Origin: an uncultured Nitrospinota bacterium | Lineage (GTDB): Bacteria; Tectomicrobia; Entotheonellia; J063; CAVPRW01 | Direction of reading: 5' to 3' | Assembly: GCA_963707985.1 (NCBI GenBank) | Contig: CAVPRW010000035.1 | Span: forward strand, 64,001-128,000 | Length of the DNA: 64,000 nucleotides | Shown: positions 47,032 to 58,006 of the stretch, in pieces | Layout: every line of letters starts with the position of its first letter | Numbering within the stretch: position 1 is the stretch's first letter | Made by a program: the position numbers and the translations under genes | The notes under the pieces: model-generated | What the model was told of the DNA's origin: nothing | Seen by the model: only the letters and a program-made list of their open reading frames with translations | Database searches by the model: none

Positions 47032-47401
47032 GTGGAGGAGCATCGAACCGCCAATCATACCTACCTCCATGAAGGTGTGCGACTTCTCGAACTGGCCCAG
47101 CGTGCGCACGAATTGGTCCGAAGACAAGAATCTCGAGAGAAACGGCTGCTCTTAAAGTTTGTACTTTCGAACTGTACCTGGATGGACGACGAGCTGCGGG
47201 TCACATTCCAGCAACCATTTTGATATGATTAACGTTTCGAGCGTGGTCCGTGGACACAAAAAAGCCGCCGGAAATACCTCCGACGGCCTTTTTGATGAAT
47301 GGCTCTCCTTCGTGGACTCATTTCGAACGTTCTGCCTGACGCCAACACCCGAAATGATAGCTATCTATAACGGTCTCCATGAACTGCCTTTGGTTGGGTG
47401 A
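47032..47401 (+). pseudogene. Large serine recombinase C-terminal remnant
   Basis: EGVRLLELAQRA…EKRLLLKFVLSNCTW…PFD…WLSFVDSFRT resembles LSR tails; no catalytic domain present. Confidence 0.5.
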
Positions 47402-47849
47402 GGTGATACTGGAGGAATGCCACTTGAGGTTTCAGGCCTCCAGGGTACGAAGCTGACCATCGTTACGTGGTCCGCTCGTAGCTGGCGCACCGTGGCCGCC
47501 CTACTCCACTGCCTCTATGACCTTCTTCACCGGGTCTTCCTGCAAATTGCCGCCGCCGGGACGAGCCATCTGTAATTGCCATCTGACCGGCGGGTCTGTT
47601 GGCACGACCTCAATCCCCAGTGCGGCGACGTCCTTTTGGCTGCAATGCAAGCCGCCGTATTGGTTGACCCGAGCGAGAGTCATGGCGTTCAAGCCGGTCG
47701 GCGATGGTGCTGACAATGGGGGGGCATCACAACACTGTAGTTTCCTGTAGCCGTGCAGCGTGCAAGGCAACGTGATGCTCACCGACTTGCTGCGGCGGAA
47801 GTAGTGACTGGGGAAGTCGAGGTCGAAAATCTCCTCCGGCAGGAGGATG

Positions 47850-47941
47850 AAGCAGCGACTCCGTACGCCGATACTCGACGTGGTGACTGCTGCCCCGACC
47901 ACCCCCGTACGCTGACACATACCAACGATAGAGAAAGTCAT
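47850..47941 (-). pseudogene. DUF1028 (Ntn-hydrolase-like) N-terminal fragment
   Basis: MTFSIVGMCQRTGVVGAAVTTSSIGVRSRC, then unrelated sequence; follows the RidA-family gene. Confidence 0.6.
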
Positions 47942-47961
47942 GGGGTGTGTCTCCACAGCGT

Positions 47962-48381
47962 TCAAGCATTTGGTTTGTCCTGGACTACAGCGTCCACGTC
48001 TATCTCAACGAGAATCCAGGGACTTGCAAAACCATCCACGATCAACCCACTCCCTACCGGAAAGACTCCCTTGAGGGCCTGTCCCACCCTCTGATAGACC
48101 GGCTCCCGATAGGCGCGATCGCCAATGTAGACGCAGAGCTTACATACCTCATCCAGGCTCGATCCGGCTTCGTCGAGGAGACGCCTGGCGTTCTGCATCG
48201 CCTGGTCGGCCTGGGCCGCCGCATCCTCCGGGGCCACCAGGCGGTGGTGGAGATCCAGGCCGGTCTGGCTACGCATGAAGAGGCGGTTGCCAGCCTTGAC
48301 CACCATACACATGGCGTTATCCAAAGTCTGGTGCGGATACACGTCCCTGGTATTAAAGGGGCGCAGACGCTCATGCTGCAT
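47962..48381 (-). CDS. RidA/YjgF family protein
   Basis: RLRPFNTRD…QADQAMQN…VYIGDRAYREPVY…LVEIDVDA. Confidence 0.85.
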   Translation of the reverse strand: MQHERLRPFNTRDVYPHQTLDNAMCMVVKAGNRLFMRSQTGLDLHHRLVAPEDAAAQADQAMQNARRLLDEAGSSLDEVCKLCVYIGDRAYREPVYQRVGQALKGVFPVGSGLIVDGFASPWILVEIDVDAVVQDKPNA

Positions 48382-48408
48382 ACGTCAGATTCCTGTGGTG
48401 TTATGGTT

Positions 48409-48870
48409 TTACGCGATCTCCCGGATGGCCTGCTCGCAATACCACTGTATGGCACCACTAAGCGGGGGGGACAGTGCCCGCAGCTCCTCGCAGGTGCACC
48501 ACCGGATGGCGTGGTGTTCTGTGGTAGCGAGTTGCAGGGTAGCGGAGGCATCGCGCGGCCGCGCAAAATAGATCATGCCGATATGCTCATGCGTGGCGCT
48601 GATCCGGTGGATATCGAGAAACCGGGGTGCGAGCAGCGCACGGGTACCCGGTTCCGTCGTAGGCGGCCGTTCGCCGAGCAATTCAACGTCAAGACCGCTT
48701 TCTTCGCGCGCTTCACGCAGCGCGGCCTGTTCCGGGTCCTCGTCGAGCTCGATATGGCCACCGAGCGGCAGCCACTTGCCCAGTGCCCGATGATGGACGA
48801 GCAAGACTTTCGCCTGCTGGACCACAAAGATCGCGACGGTGAAATCGATCTTGTCGTGAATATGCGGCAT
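48409..48870 (-). CDS. NUDIX hydrolase
   Basis: Nudix box GGHIELDEDPEQAALREAREESGL. Confidence 0.92.
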   Translation of the reverse strand: MPHIHDKIDFTVAIFVVQQAKVLLVHHRALGKWLPLGGHIELDEDPEQAALREAREESGLDVELLGERPPTTEPGTRALLAPRFLDIHRISATHEHIGMIYFARPRDASATLQLATTEHHAIRWCTCEELRALSPPLSGAIQWYCEQAIREIA

Positions 48871-49291
48871 CGTGTGTCCCCTTGCGCAACATGGGGCGGT
48901 CGAGCAGCGACGCGCCATGAGAGCCTTGGATCATGACACAACAAGTATCACGCAGGGGTCTGGCGCAGTACAAGTGATTTCTTTGCTGGCTTATGCCACC
49001 ATCGTCAATCGTATTAAGACCTCTTCTCACCCGAGCGGGTCGTGTCCCTGCATCTTGCGGAAAATGCTCCTGCCTCACAGGAAGCTGGTTGCGAGTTTGA
49101 GACACTGCAGAACGCTTGCAGGTTCATCGCCCCCAATCCGCGGCTCGCTCGTGACATCCATGTCTAAAGGTGCGTTGGCGTTTTTTGACCCTACGATGTG
49201 TTACCCTTCATCTTCGCCCGGATGCTGCAACCGCTGGCACTACGCACGGTGGTTTGACCTTTTGTGATTTGTGATGAAAAGGAGACCAGCC

Positions 49292-49830
49292 ATGGCAATC
49301 AACCCACTTACCAAGCGTCCGCAGCCACCAGGCGGCGTTCCGCACCGCGCGATGGTCTTTTGGTCTGGTGCCGTCGGCAGCGCAGATCCGCTCGACACGG
49401 ACTCCGCGGTCAACAGTCTCATCAGCTTTCTCGACGAGTTGAACGTCGGATGTAACACGATTTTCTTAGACGTCTGGCGCTATCTTGGCGGGTCGAATTG
49501 GACGAACGCGTTTCGCGATCGTCTGTACGCCGTGCTCGACGGGCTCAAGCGATCTGGCTGCCGCATCTACGTACTCGCCGGCAACGTGGACTGGGGTGTG
49601 AGGCACGAGTGGGTGAGGACAACATCGTCGAGCCAGTGCTCGCGTTCAACGCGATCGCCACGTCACCCAGCCAGCAGTTCGACGGGATCATTCTCGACAT
49701 GAAGTATTGGGCGGACGAGACGAACTCCCCAGTGTCGACTAACTGTCCAGGGCTGTGTGACCTCGTCAAAGCGATCAAAGCACGCGCGCCGCAGTTGGGT
49801 GTAGGGCTCTTCTTGGCTTTCTTCCTGCAA
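49292..49830 (+). pseudogene. Truncated hypothetical protein, possibly TIM-barrel glycoside-hydrolase-like
   Basis: AGGAG SD; YVLAGNVDW…FDGIILDMKYW; frameshift and abrupt end. Confidence 0.4.
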
Positions 49831-50164
49831 AACCCTGTTGAGAAACGGGCTTATAAACAACGTTCGAAAGGCAGAGACACCCAGTCCATGGTTCTGGTGA
49901 TATGCCCTCCCATGGCGTTCGAGATTGACGCCGCGACTGACCCAACAGAGTCTGTGGTGACGAGGGCTGTCACACCATACGACTGCTCAACACGTTGACA
50001 AAGCCTCCCGCGAAGCCGCATGAATATTTTGACTATACGAGATCAGACCTTTGTGTCGCAGATCACCGGTCATGCTTACACCAGACCCCCGCCGTGCGGC
50101 GCGCAGGCGGGTCATGCCCTGCGCACCACGACACCTGCGGCCCCAGCCACCATACGCGTGGAGC

Positions 50165-50869
50165 TTATCGCACAATTTCCACAGGCACGTCCGCGATGAC
50201 CTCATCACCCGAGAAAATCTGCACGCTGGCATAGTCCGCATTGACCTTCTCGTAGTGCGCACGTTTCCAGACCACCAGGTGTGGCCACAGACCCGACCGC
50301 TGGACCAGGATGAGGTTGAGCAGCAGGATTTTGGGGTTGATGCCCTGCGGCGTGCGCGGGACGAGCAGCACCTCCACGCCGGGGTTGGGCACTTGCACCT
50401 CGCCGACCACATGAAACGTGGAAGGCTTAGGCGGCATCATGTTGATCCACGCATACCAATCGCGGGTCGCGGGCACCGCTCGCAACACCCCTGCGGGCCG
50501 TTCGGCTGTTTCCGGCCACGTGCCGAGCTCGCACTCCTCGAGTGCCACACTCAACTCCCCCAGGCGGATGCAGACCACCCGATTGAACAGCGGAACGGTG
50601 TGCACGATGGCCGCCACATGCGCGCCCGACGCCGCCTCCGCTTGGATGGTACTGCCCGCCACGGACAACTCCCCCGAAGCCACCGGCAGCCCGTTGACCA
50701 CGAGCATGCCGACCGCGCCCGTGTTGGGACATAAACTCGTGTGCACGGTCCTGAGCACGATGATCTTAGAGATCGCACCCCCCACCGTGTGCGACAGGAA
50801 CGAAGACGCTCCGGATTCTCCGACCCCCCCTTTGGCCACGACTTTGCACGCGTCTGCATCGGTATCCAT
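50165..50869 (-). CDS. Hypothetical two-domain protein
   Basis: GAGG SD; C-terminal DWYAWINMMPP…HVVGEVQVPNPG…QGINPKILLL. Confidence 0.6.
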   Translation of the reverse strand: MDTDADACKVVAKGGVGESGASSFLSHTVGGAISKIIVLRTVHTSLCPNTGAVGMLVVNGLPVASGELSVAGSTIQAEAASGAHVAAIVHTVPLFNRVVCIRLGELSVALEECELGTWPETAERPAGVLRAVPATRDWYAWINMMPPKPSTFHVVGEVQVPNPGVEVLLVPRTPQGINPKILLLNLILVQRSGLWPHLVVWKRAHYEKVNADYASVQIFSGDEVIADVPVEIVR

Positions 50870-51280
50870 CGGTTCCTCTCCTCTGCATGAAACGATTCAA
50901 GGCGCAGACAGGAGTTGGGCATCTCCTGCCATACCATGGCTGGCCAGCTCGGCACACCTACCCTGCCGATTCAGCACGTGGTGAGGCTGAGAGCCGCCCT
51001 GCCCGCATGACTCGCATCTTACGACCACCGCAGGGCCCGCCCGCGGCAGCGCTCTCATCGCAGGACATTGACCGCCTCGTCGCGGAGACGTGGGCGCAGC
51101 GGCCTCGACCGCCACAGCTGCGCGATCAGAGCGGGCGCCCCAGGCGTGGGGCGCCGCTGAGCCGAACCTGACGGGCCTCCCCATGGGTCCGCTGTCGAGA
51201 TGTTGGTCCGTGCGAGACACCACAGCCGTTCGGGTGAGCCCGCCACCGGCTTATGGGGATGGGCTCACCCACGACCGGCG

Positions 51281-51817
51281 TCACGGCTGGTACGTCCCCT
51301 TGCCGGGCATGGCGATCTCAAGGTCCAGCGAATCCACGGTCAGATGGGCCCCTCCGGAGCTATTGGTGTCGGTGTCGTGTTCGACGAGCAGGACCAGGGT
51401 GATCTGGCACACCGGCTCGGCCGCATGGGTCTGGACGGTGAACTCGACCGTTTCATGGTAATCGCCCTCTTCCGCGTGCTTGAGATCCACCACCGTCGTG
51501 CTGTCCCCCGCGCACACGACCAGCCGCCCGGCTGCTCCGGCCTCGGCCTGGACGAACCCGCGGAGGTTCATGACCATCGACACACTCCGCAGGTCCGTGG
51601 CGTACGGCATGTGGAGGGTGACGACCTTCGTCTGGATGGCCGTCTGGTTGGATAGTACTCCGGCCCGACTCCGCCGGGCCGGTTCGAGGCTGACCATAGC
51701 GTTGGAAAAGATGATGGTCACCGCCTGCCCGTCGGGTGAGATGTCGGTGGTGAAGTCGAGGTTCGAGGGAACGCGGATGCCCTTGGAGAATGTTGGTGCG
51801 TGACTGCACTTGTCCAT
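51281..51817 (-). CDS. Hypothetical beta-rich protein
   Basis: 178-aa ORF with SD-like GAGG and protein-like composition. Confidence 0.55.
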   Translation of the reverse strand: MDKCSHAPTFSKGIRVPSNLDFTTDISPDGQAVTIIFSNAMVSLEPARRSRAGVLSNQTAIQTKVVTLHMPYATDLRSVSMVMNLRGFVQAEAGAAGRLVVCAGDSTTVVDLKHAEEGDYHETVEFTVQTHAAEPVCQITLVLLVEHDTDTNSSGGAHLTVDSLDLEIAMPGKGTYQP

Positions 51818-52527
51818 GGTGCCCTCTTTCGTATAACAGGAGTGGTCACAGGCCCTAGCCTAACGACACGGCTGGGGCGTGGTGCGGGCTCCTCACCAGC
51901 GGTGGGCGTCCCGCCCACCATATCCCAGACCTTGATGGAGCCAGCCTGGATGCCGGGCGCCCGGGTCTAGACGTGTCCGGCCACCGGGGGGTTGCTCTCG
52001 TGCCTCACCACATGGGAAGCGATCGGCGTGAGCCTTCCCACGGCAGCGATCCACGACCACCCGCTCTTGATGAGGCGAGCGGTGGGCCTTCACGACCGGC
52101 CTGCCTACAGAGAGCAAAAGCGATGCCAGCAGCGCCCGACCAGGGCTATCTCTGACGAGCGGGGCGCCAGGACCCTTCCTCGGCGTGGCTCACCAGGGGC
52201 GCAGCGCTGGCTAAGATTGCACACCGGGCTCCTCGTTGGCGGGAGTGAGGAAGGCAACCGATTGAGAAAGGCAGGCATAATGGTGACTGTGCACCCTTAG
52301 ACAGGGGAGTGTCATTCTCCACACCCCCATCGAGCGTGTGCGGCCGGGTCGGACCTGTGTGAGACACCTAGGCCGGCCGCGTAGGGGTGCTGAGCTTGAA
52401 TCTGACGCTCCCGTGGAAAGGCAATTATGATGAGGCGGCTATACCTCCGCGCGGTAGGCGTGAATGATAGAAATTGATGAAGTTTCTGAGCAGGTTTGAA
52501 GTAGTATACCCCATGAGAGTGGTTCAC

Positions 52528-52571
52528 GGACTGACCCAACAGAGTCACGACTGACTCTGTTGGGTCAGTCC
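52528..52571. repeat. Perfect 20-bp inverted repeat with 4-nt spacer; a further copy of the arm at 49935
   Basis: GGACTGACCCAACAGAGTCA-cgac-TGACTCTGTTGGGTCAGTCC. Confidence 0.9.
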
Positions 52572-52626
52572 TCCCTTCACAGAGCATCGTCTGGCGTGAC
52601 AACGGATGGGGTGAAAGCCGGGCAAA

Positions 52627-52935
52627 GTGGCTAGGCGGCCGCCGGCGCTCGCAATTGACCTGATTATGGCCTGCACCAGCCGCACCCATGCCTTCCGCCA
52701 GCAGGAAGGGTGCCCTCCGGTGGCCGCCAACCCACAGCTCACCGCCACGGCGCAAGACTTTGCCACCTTCATGGCTCGTACCGGCAAGTTCAGCCACACT
52801 GCCGACGGCCAGACGCCGGCGGTCCGGGCGAAGGCGCACGCCTATGCCCCGTGCCTGATCGCCGAGAACATGGCCTCTCAGCACCACCCCGCCGGCTTCA
52901 CCACGGAGGCGCTGGCTGAGGGATTCTTCTGGCCG
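52627..52935 (+). pseudogene. CAP/SCP-domain protein remnant
   Basis: FRQQEG…NPQLTATAQDFATFMARTGKFSH…IAENMA. Confidence 0.6.
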
Positions 52936-53319
52936 GGGACGGCAGGAGCCGACGACGGCCCATCCGAACCACGAGGATCGGTACACCATTGTGCGGGGGG
53001 ACGCTGGAGCCTTCCAGTTAAAGCCGGGATGAGCCATATGCATCGGGGCGCTCACCTGCGGCGAGTGACCGGGAAGGATGATCAGCGGGAGATGCCGGCC
53101 ACCTTCCTTAGATCGCCTGGCCGTTCAAGACCTCTCTCGACGCCGTCACTCGGACGTGCGGCACCTCCACAATACGCCGCTAGCTGAGGAACATCCCTCT
53201 GATGTCCGGTTTCTTCTCAATGGCCCGCTCCAGAGGTTCATACGAGCAGGCTGGGGGCTTGCCCTACAGACGTCACAGTGCCGCTGTCGTACGATTGAGC
53301 ACACTACGGCGCGACGCCA

Positions 53320-55657
53320 CTACACGGACAGCGGGCCGAAGGCCGGCGGCGGCACGCGGCGCTGCGAGGCGGCTTCATAGGCCGAGGCGATCTTCAGGAG
53401 GACATCTTCCTGGCCCGGCTCGGCTCGGAACACCAGGGAAAAGGGCAACCCGGGCGCCGGAATGGTGGTCGGCGTGTCGGAGGCGACCGACACGTAGCGG
53501 GTGCCGTCCGGACTGAGCGCGAAGACGCGGATCGTAGACGGTCGTGACATAGCCCGCCGGGATCAGCACCTCCGTCAGGCCCGCGTTCGGGCCGTTGAAC
53601 GACTCCAGGCGCAGATTGCTCGGCATGCCCGATTGCGGGCGCGCCGCCGATCTTGGCCGGCGGCAACGGTGTATGCAGGCGGACCAGGGCGTCGAGACGA
53701 TTCTCCAGGAGCACCATCATGTCCACCCGGCGCAGCAGTTCGCGCAGCATGATGCGCTCGTTGACACCCTGCCGCTGGCCGAGCGGATTGCGCGGGTCGG
53801 TCACCTCTTCCCAATTCTTGAAGGCGGCACGCTGATCGTCGCCCCAGAATTTGGAACGCGCGTTGAGCGTGGGAAAATCGACGAGCGTTTCGGTGTATCC
53901 CCGCGCCTGCCAGTCCGCGGCGCGGCGCGTCAGGTATTGCGGGATATGGAACCTGAACGCCATCGCCAGCTCCTGCTGCTGGATGGTGGCGATATCGAGG
54001 TTCGCAGGCGGTGCGATCCGTCCTTCCGCCAGCTCGACGCAATAGTCGATCGGCTGCATGGTGCCCGTGCCGAAGATCTTGCCGGGCATGAACTCGGTCG
54101 GCACGATCGCTGCCGCGAACTCCTGGAAGACGGGGCTGACCGTCCGGCCCCAGCCGGAACAGCAGCTCGGGCATGAAGACCGGCACCAGCCTGGCCAGGG
54201 CGCGCCGGAAATCGGTCTGCATGGTCTCGATATCGGGATCCTGGCTGCCACAGGGGATCGGACGATTCCACCAGCGTCGCCCCCAGCCTGTCGCCGAGGA
54301 TCGTCTTGATCTCCTGGGCGGCCGCGGTGACGATCGGCTGCTTCGGTCTTCGAGCCCGGAGGTACACCATGGACTCCCGGATGATCCCGAGGCGCATGCC
54401 CTTGAGCGCGCCGGGTGCGCCCGGACATCTGTCGCGTGGCTCGCGTATGGCGTGCTCAACACTGACGAGCGCGGCACGGTCGTGAAGGGATCGCGCGGAT
54501 CGTAATAGCCTTCGACCGGGTCCTTCAGGGCGTCGAGGACTTTGGCGCAGTCGGCGATCGTGCGGCAGAGGATGCCGCTGCGATCGCAGTAGATGTCCGC
54601 GCCGATGGCGCCGCCGTTGAAGCCGAGCAGCGACTTGTGCGGCAGGATCAGCGCCACGGCATTGTGGTTGGCCGGTCCGCGGCAGGAGGCCCGCGTTTCC
54701 TCGCCGAGGCTGGCCATCACCAGATTGGTGCTGACCGACACCGCCGAGCCCGAACTCGAGCCGAGCGAGGCCGCGCGTGTCGTGTCGTAGGGGTTGGCGG
54801 GATTGCCGCCCCAGGTGCTGCGCTGATAGCCGAGCGTCGACGGCAGCACCTTGCTCGGGTGTGTGGCGGCCGCCCGGATCGCCGGCCCGGCCGTTGTATT
54901 CCGTGTTGACGGCCTTGGCGAAGATGATCGCGCCCTTGTTCCGGAGCTGTTCGACCAGCACGTGATCGCGCGCCGGGAAATCGATGTCGTAGCGCGCGTC
55001 ACCGCCGCCGGTGGAGCGCATGTCCTTCGTGTCGAACGGATCCTTGAACGAGAAGACGACGCCATACATCGGCATCTTTTCGAGATCGGGATGGCGTCCA
55101 TACGTCGCGTCGAGCTCGGCGGCACGCTCCAGCGCGTCGGGCAGCTGGCGAAACGTCTCGCAGACGGGGGGTGCGCCGGGGGGCAGCGGTCCCTCGGACG
55201 GATGCCGGTCGAAATCGCCCCGGCAGGTGACGGAACGCTCGCCCCGGATGTTGAGGGTGGCGAGCGCATTCACCTGGCCGGCATGCGGCATGCCGACGAT
55301 CATCCCGAACTGCTGCTGCACGGCAGGATCGGAAGCCGTCGCCTCCATGCGGCCGAATTCGAGGGGCGGCCCCGTGTACTGGTCGAGATCGGGCAGGATC
55401 GTGGACGCCTTGACGGTGGCGGTCGGGAAGCGCAGCGGCGCCTGCGCGCGCACGGCGCCCGTCGCTTCGGAGATCGGGGCGCCGTCTGCGGTGACGAGCA
55501 CGCTGGCGACCCCGTTATAGGCGCGTGCGCGGTCGATATAGTGCTGCACGATCGCGACGCAGGTGGTCTGCCCCGACGTGATCGCCGCGTGCAACTCCTC
55601 GATCGTCGCCTCTTCGAGACGAAACGGCTTCTCGTGTGCACTGAGCTGCGCGGTCAT
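53320..55657 (-). CDS. Amidase-signature family protein (several frameshifts)
   Basis: FRLEEATIEELH, FSFKDPFDT, GSSSGSAV, GEETRASCRGPA, IASAYEAAS.RRVPPP. Confidence 0.88.
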
Positions 55658-55870
55658 TCCGTCGCTCCCTTTGTGTCGGTTCACGCTGCGGTGATTATGG
55701 AAGCGGACTCTCACCGAACAGTCCGCTGCGAAGGTGCGTGGAGCCCGTCGGCTGCACGCCGCACGGGCGTTAACACCATGCTGACGCGGCTTGGACAGAA
55801 TCGGCCACCACGGCGTCGCGTGAGCTGCCCAAGCGCCCCACATTTCACTGCACGCCCCTAAGGCCGCACG

Positions 55871-56989
55871 CTATGGGCGCAGAGCCGACGTGCCATGCCC
55901 TTCGGAGTCCGGCTCTGCAATGACCTCAATCGCCCGCTGCGTGGCCGACCAGGCGGGGAACCAGGAGGAATGCCGACCGTCGCCTCCGGCCACCACCAGG
56001 ATGAGTTTCTCCGGGTCGGTGATCAGAGGAACCAGGAAGTCCTCCGGCTGGTGTTCCCAGGCCTCCGGCCAGGAGCGGGCGCCCCAGTGACCGCGGTCGC
56101 GCAGTTGCCGCAGCGGCATCCGAGCATGGCGAAAAGTATATTCTTTGATCTCCCTACGGTCGAACCCCGCGGCGGCGATCTCCGCCGCGTGCTCCGGCCC
56201 TAATACAATGACTGGTGAGGCGCCGCGGGACTGGTAATAGTAGCCTGAGATCCCTTCCCCCCGCATTGAACTCACCAGGGTTTCGAGGTCACCGAGGCCG
56301 CTCTCTTGGCTCGACTCGACCACGGTGATGAGTCCCCGGGCCGCCACCACGACTACGATGCTGGTATCCGGTGCAAAGCCCAACTCCACGTGGAGCGGCT
56401 CCCAAGGATTCCGCTCGGCGTTTTCCGCAAAGCACATGGTGTACTTGCCAGGCCAGCCGTGGGTCGACTTCTCCATCGTATCGGCGGTGGCCCCGCCCAG
56501 GTTGCGCATGGCCAGCCGCAGGGCCCGGCCGATGGTGGCGTTGGCGCGGTGGCCAGAGCCCAAGGCGGCGGTACCACTGTGGATGCCGAGGCGCCCGGCG
56601 ATGGGTCCACTGACGATCACCACCGGCGCCGCACCTCCTGTCGTGGCGGTAATGGCACCGGCGTTGAACTGGGGCTGCAGCACTGCCTTCACCGCCGCCA
56701 GCACGACCGGGAAGTAGGCCGGCTGGCAGCCAGCCATCACTGCATTAATGGCGACTTTCTCGATCGTCACGGTGCCGTTCCGTGGTGGGAGCTGACCGAG
56801 CACCTGCGCGGCCGGTGCTGGGGACACCTCCAGCATCGACGAGACGAGGTCTTCGGTCGGTGGAATGATCGGCAACCCATCCGTCCATCCCTGCTGGTCA
56901 AAGTAGTCATTGATGACACTCGGGCTGCCCGGGAGGTCCAGGCGGCTCGCCCGCGTGCTCCCGGCGTGGGTGCGCGGCCGACTAGCCAT
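55871..56989 (-). CDS. UGSC-associated partner protein (GWTDGLP family), copy 2
   Basis: GWTDGLPIIPPT, EKVAINAVMAGC, RANATIGRA, VVAGG; start overlaps the UGSC stop. Confidence 0.85.
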   Translation of the reverse strand: MASRPRTHAGSTRASRLDLPGSPSVINDYFDQQGWTDGLPIIPPTEDLVSSMLEVSPAPAAQVLGQLPPRNGTVTIEKVAINAVMAGCQPAYFPVVLAAVKAVLQPQFNAGAITATTGGAAPVVIVSGPIAGRLGIHSGTAALGSGHRANATIGRALRLAMRNLGGATADTMEKSTHGWPGKYTMCFAENAERNPWEPLHVELGFAPDTSIVVVVAARGLITVVESSQESGLGDLETLVSSMRGEGISGYYYQSRGASPVIVLGPEHAAEIAAAGFDRREIKEYTFRHARMPLRQLRDRGHWGARSWPEAWEHQPEDFLVPLITDPEKLILVVAGGDGRHSSWFPAWSATQRAIEVIAEPDSEGHGTSALRP

Positions 56990-57545
56990 GGTCTCTCTCC
57001 TCTCGGGGGGCGAGCAATCCACGGACGACCGCCTCCAGGCTCTGGTGTGCCAGGTCTTGCGCCTGGGCTCGGGTTTTACTGGCCAGGGGATGCTCGATGA
57101 CCACCACGGGGTGCTCGGGCAGCCCCAAGGCCTCAGCCCGGAGGCGGGCCGCCTGGGTAAATGCCTGGGTAATGACGGTAACCGCGGCGCGGCCCCGCTT
57201 TTCGGCTTCAATCCCGTCGTGGAGACCCCACGCCGTGCAGGAGCCTCAGTCGGCCACCGCGTGGATGATCGCCTCGCATTCGTTGGCCAGTTGATCCAAC
57301 ACCTCACTGGGTGTCGGCAGACTCTGGCTGATTTTGCGGTACGTGACCACGCGGGCCACACCGTACCCTTGTTGCAGCAGCCGACCCAGCTCCTCGAGAT
57401 AGACGTTGGCGTTGCGTTTGTGGTTGTCGATGAGCCCCACGGTTGTGCCCTGCAAGCTCGCCAAGCGGGGCGCCAGGCGCTGTGTCTCGGCGATATCTTC
57501 GGCGGCCGGGTGTAACACAGTGACGACGTCGGTGGTGCTGCCCAT
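56982..57545 (-). CDS. UGSC-family selenoprotein, copy 2 (Sec codon 57246-57248)
   Basis: VGLIDNHK…CEAIIHAVAD-UGA-GSCTAWGLHDG…EHPLA; frame stays open after the UGA to TAG at 56982. Confidence 0.88.
57215..57235 (-). promoter_or_regulatory. Bacterial SECIS-like hairpin
   Basis: CGGCGUGGG-GUC-UCCACGACG at the same distance from the UGA as in copy 1. Confidence 0.65.
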
Positions 57546-58006
57546 CTCCCCATCCTCCAGTTTTGGAAACGCTCCCGGGTGTGATCGGGATGCGAACGGC
57601 CTCGCCCATCACACTCGGATGACTCGCGAATTCAGGCGCATTGTACTCCATTCCAGATGTTGACGACAGCGAAGACGTCCCAACATCTGGATCACAACCG
57701 TCACCACCGGTGGTTCCCCACCCCGTGGGATAGAGGTGAGAGAACGACAACCGGCAGGTGGTTCGTCGTCCTCCGTCGGAACAGTACGGTCTTGGCGCGA
57801 TGATATAGTGGACATGACTTTGCCCGTAAGCCTTCTCGGGGCATTCATGGGAGTCCAGTGCGGCCTGTGCTATGATGATACGGCCCGATAGCATGGCAGC
57901 AGGTGACGCATGGCAACGGCACTTTTGCAGGCGCGCCGTGTGCTATCCAGGCACACCGCCACGGCGCCCATCAGCGCGGAGGCTTTTGATGATGACAGGA
58001 GGCCAG

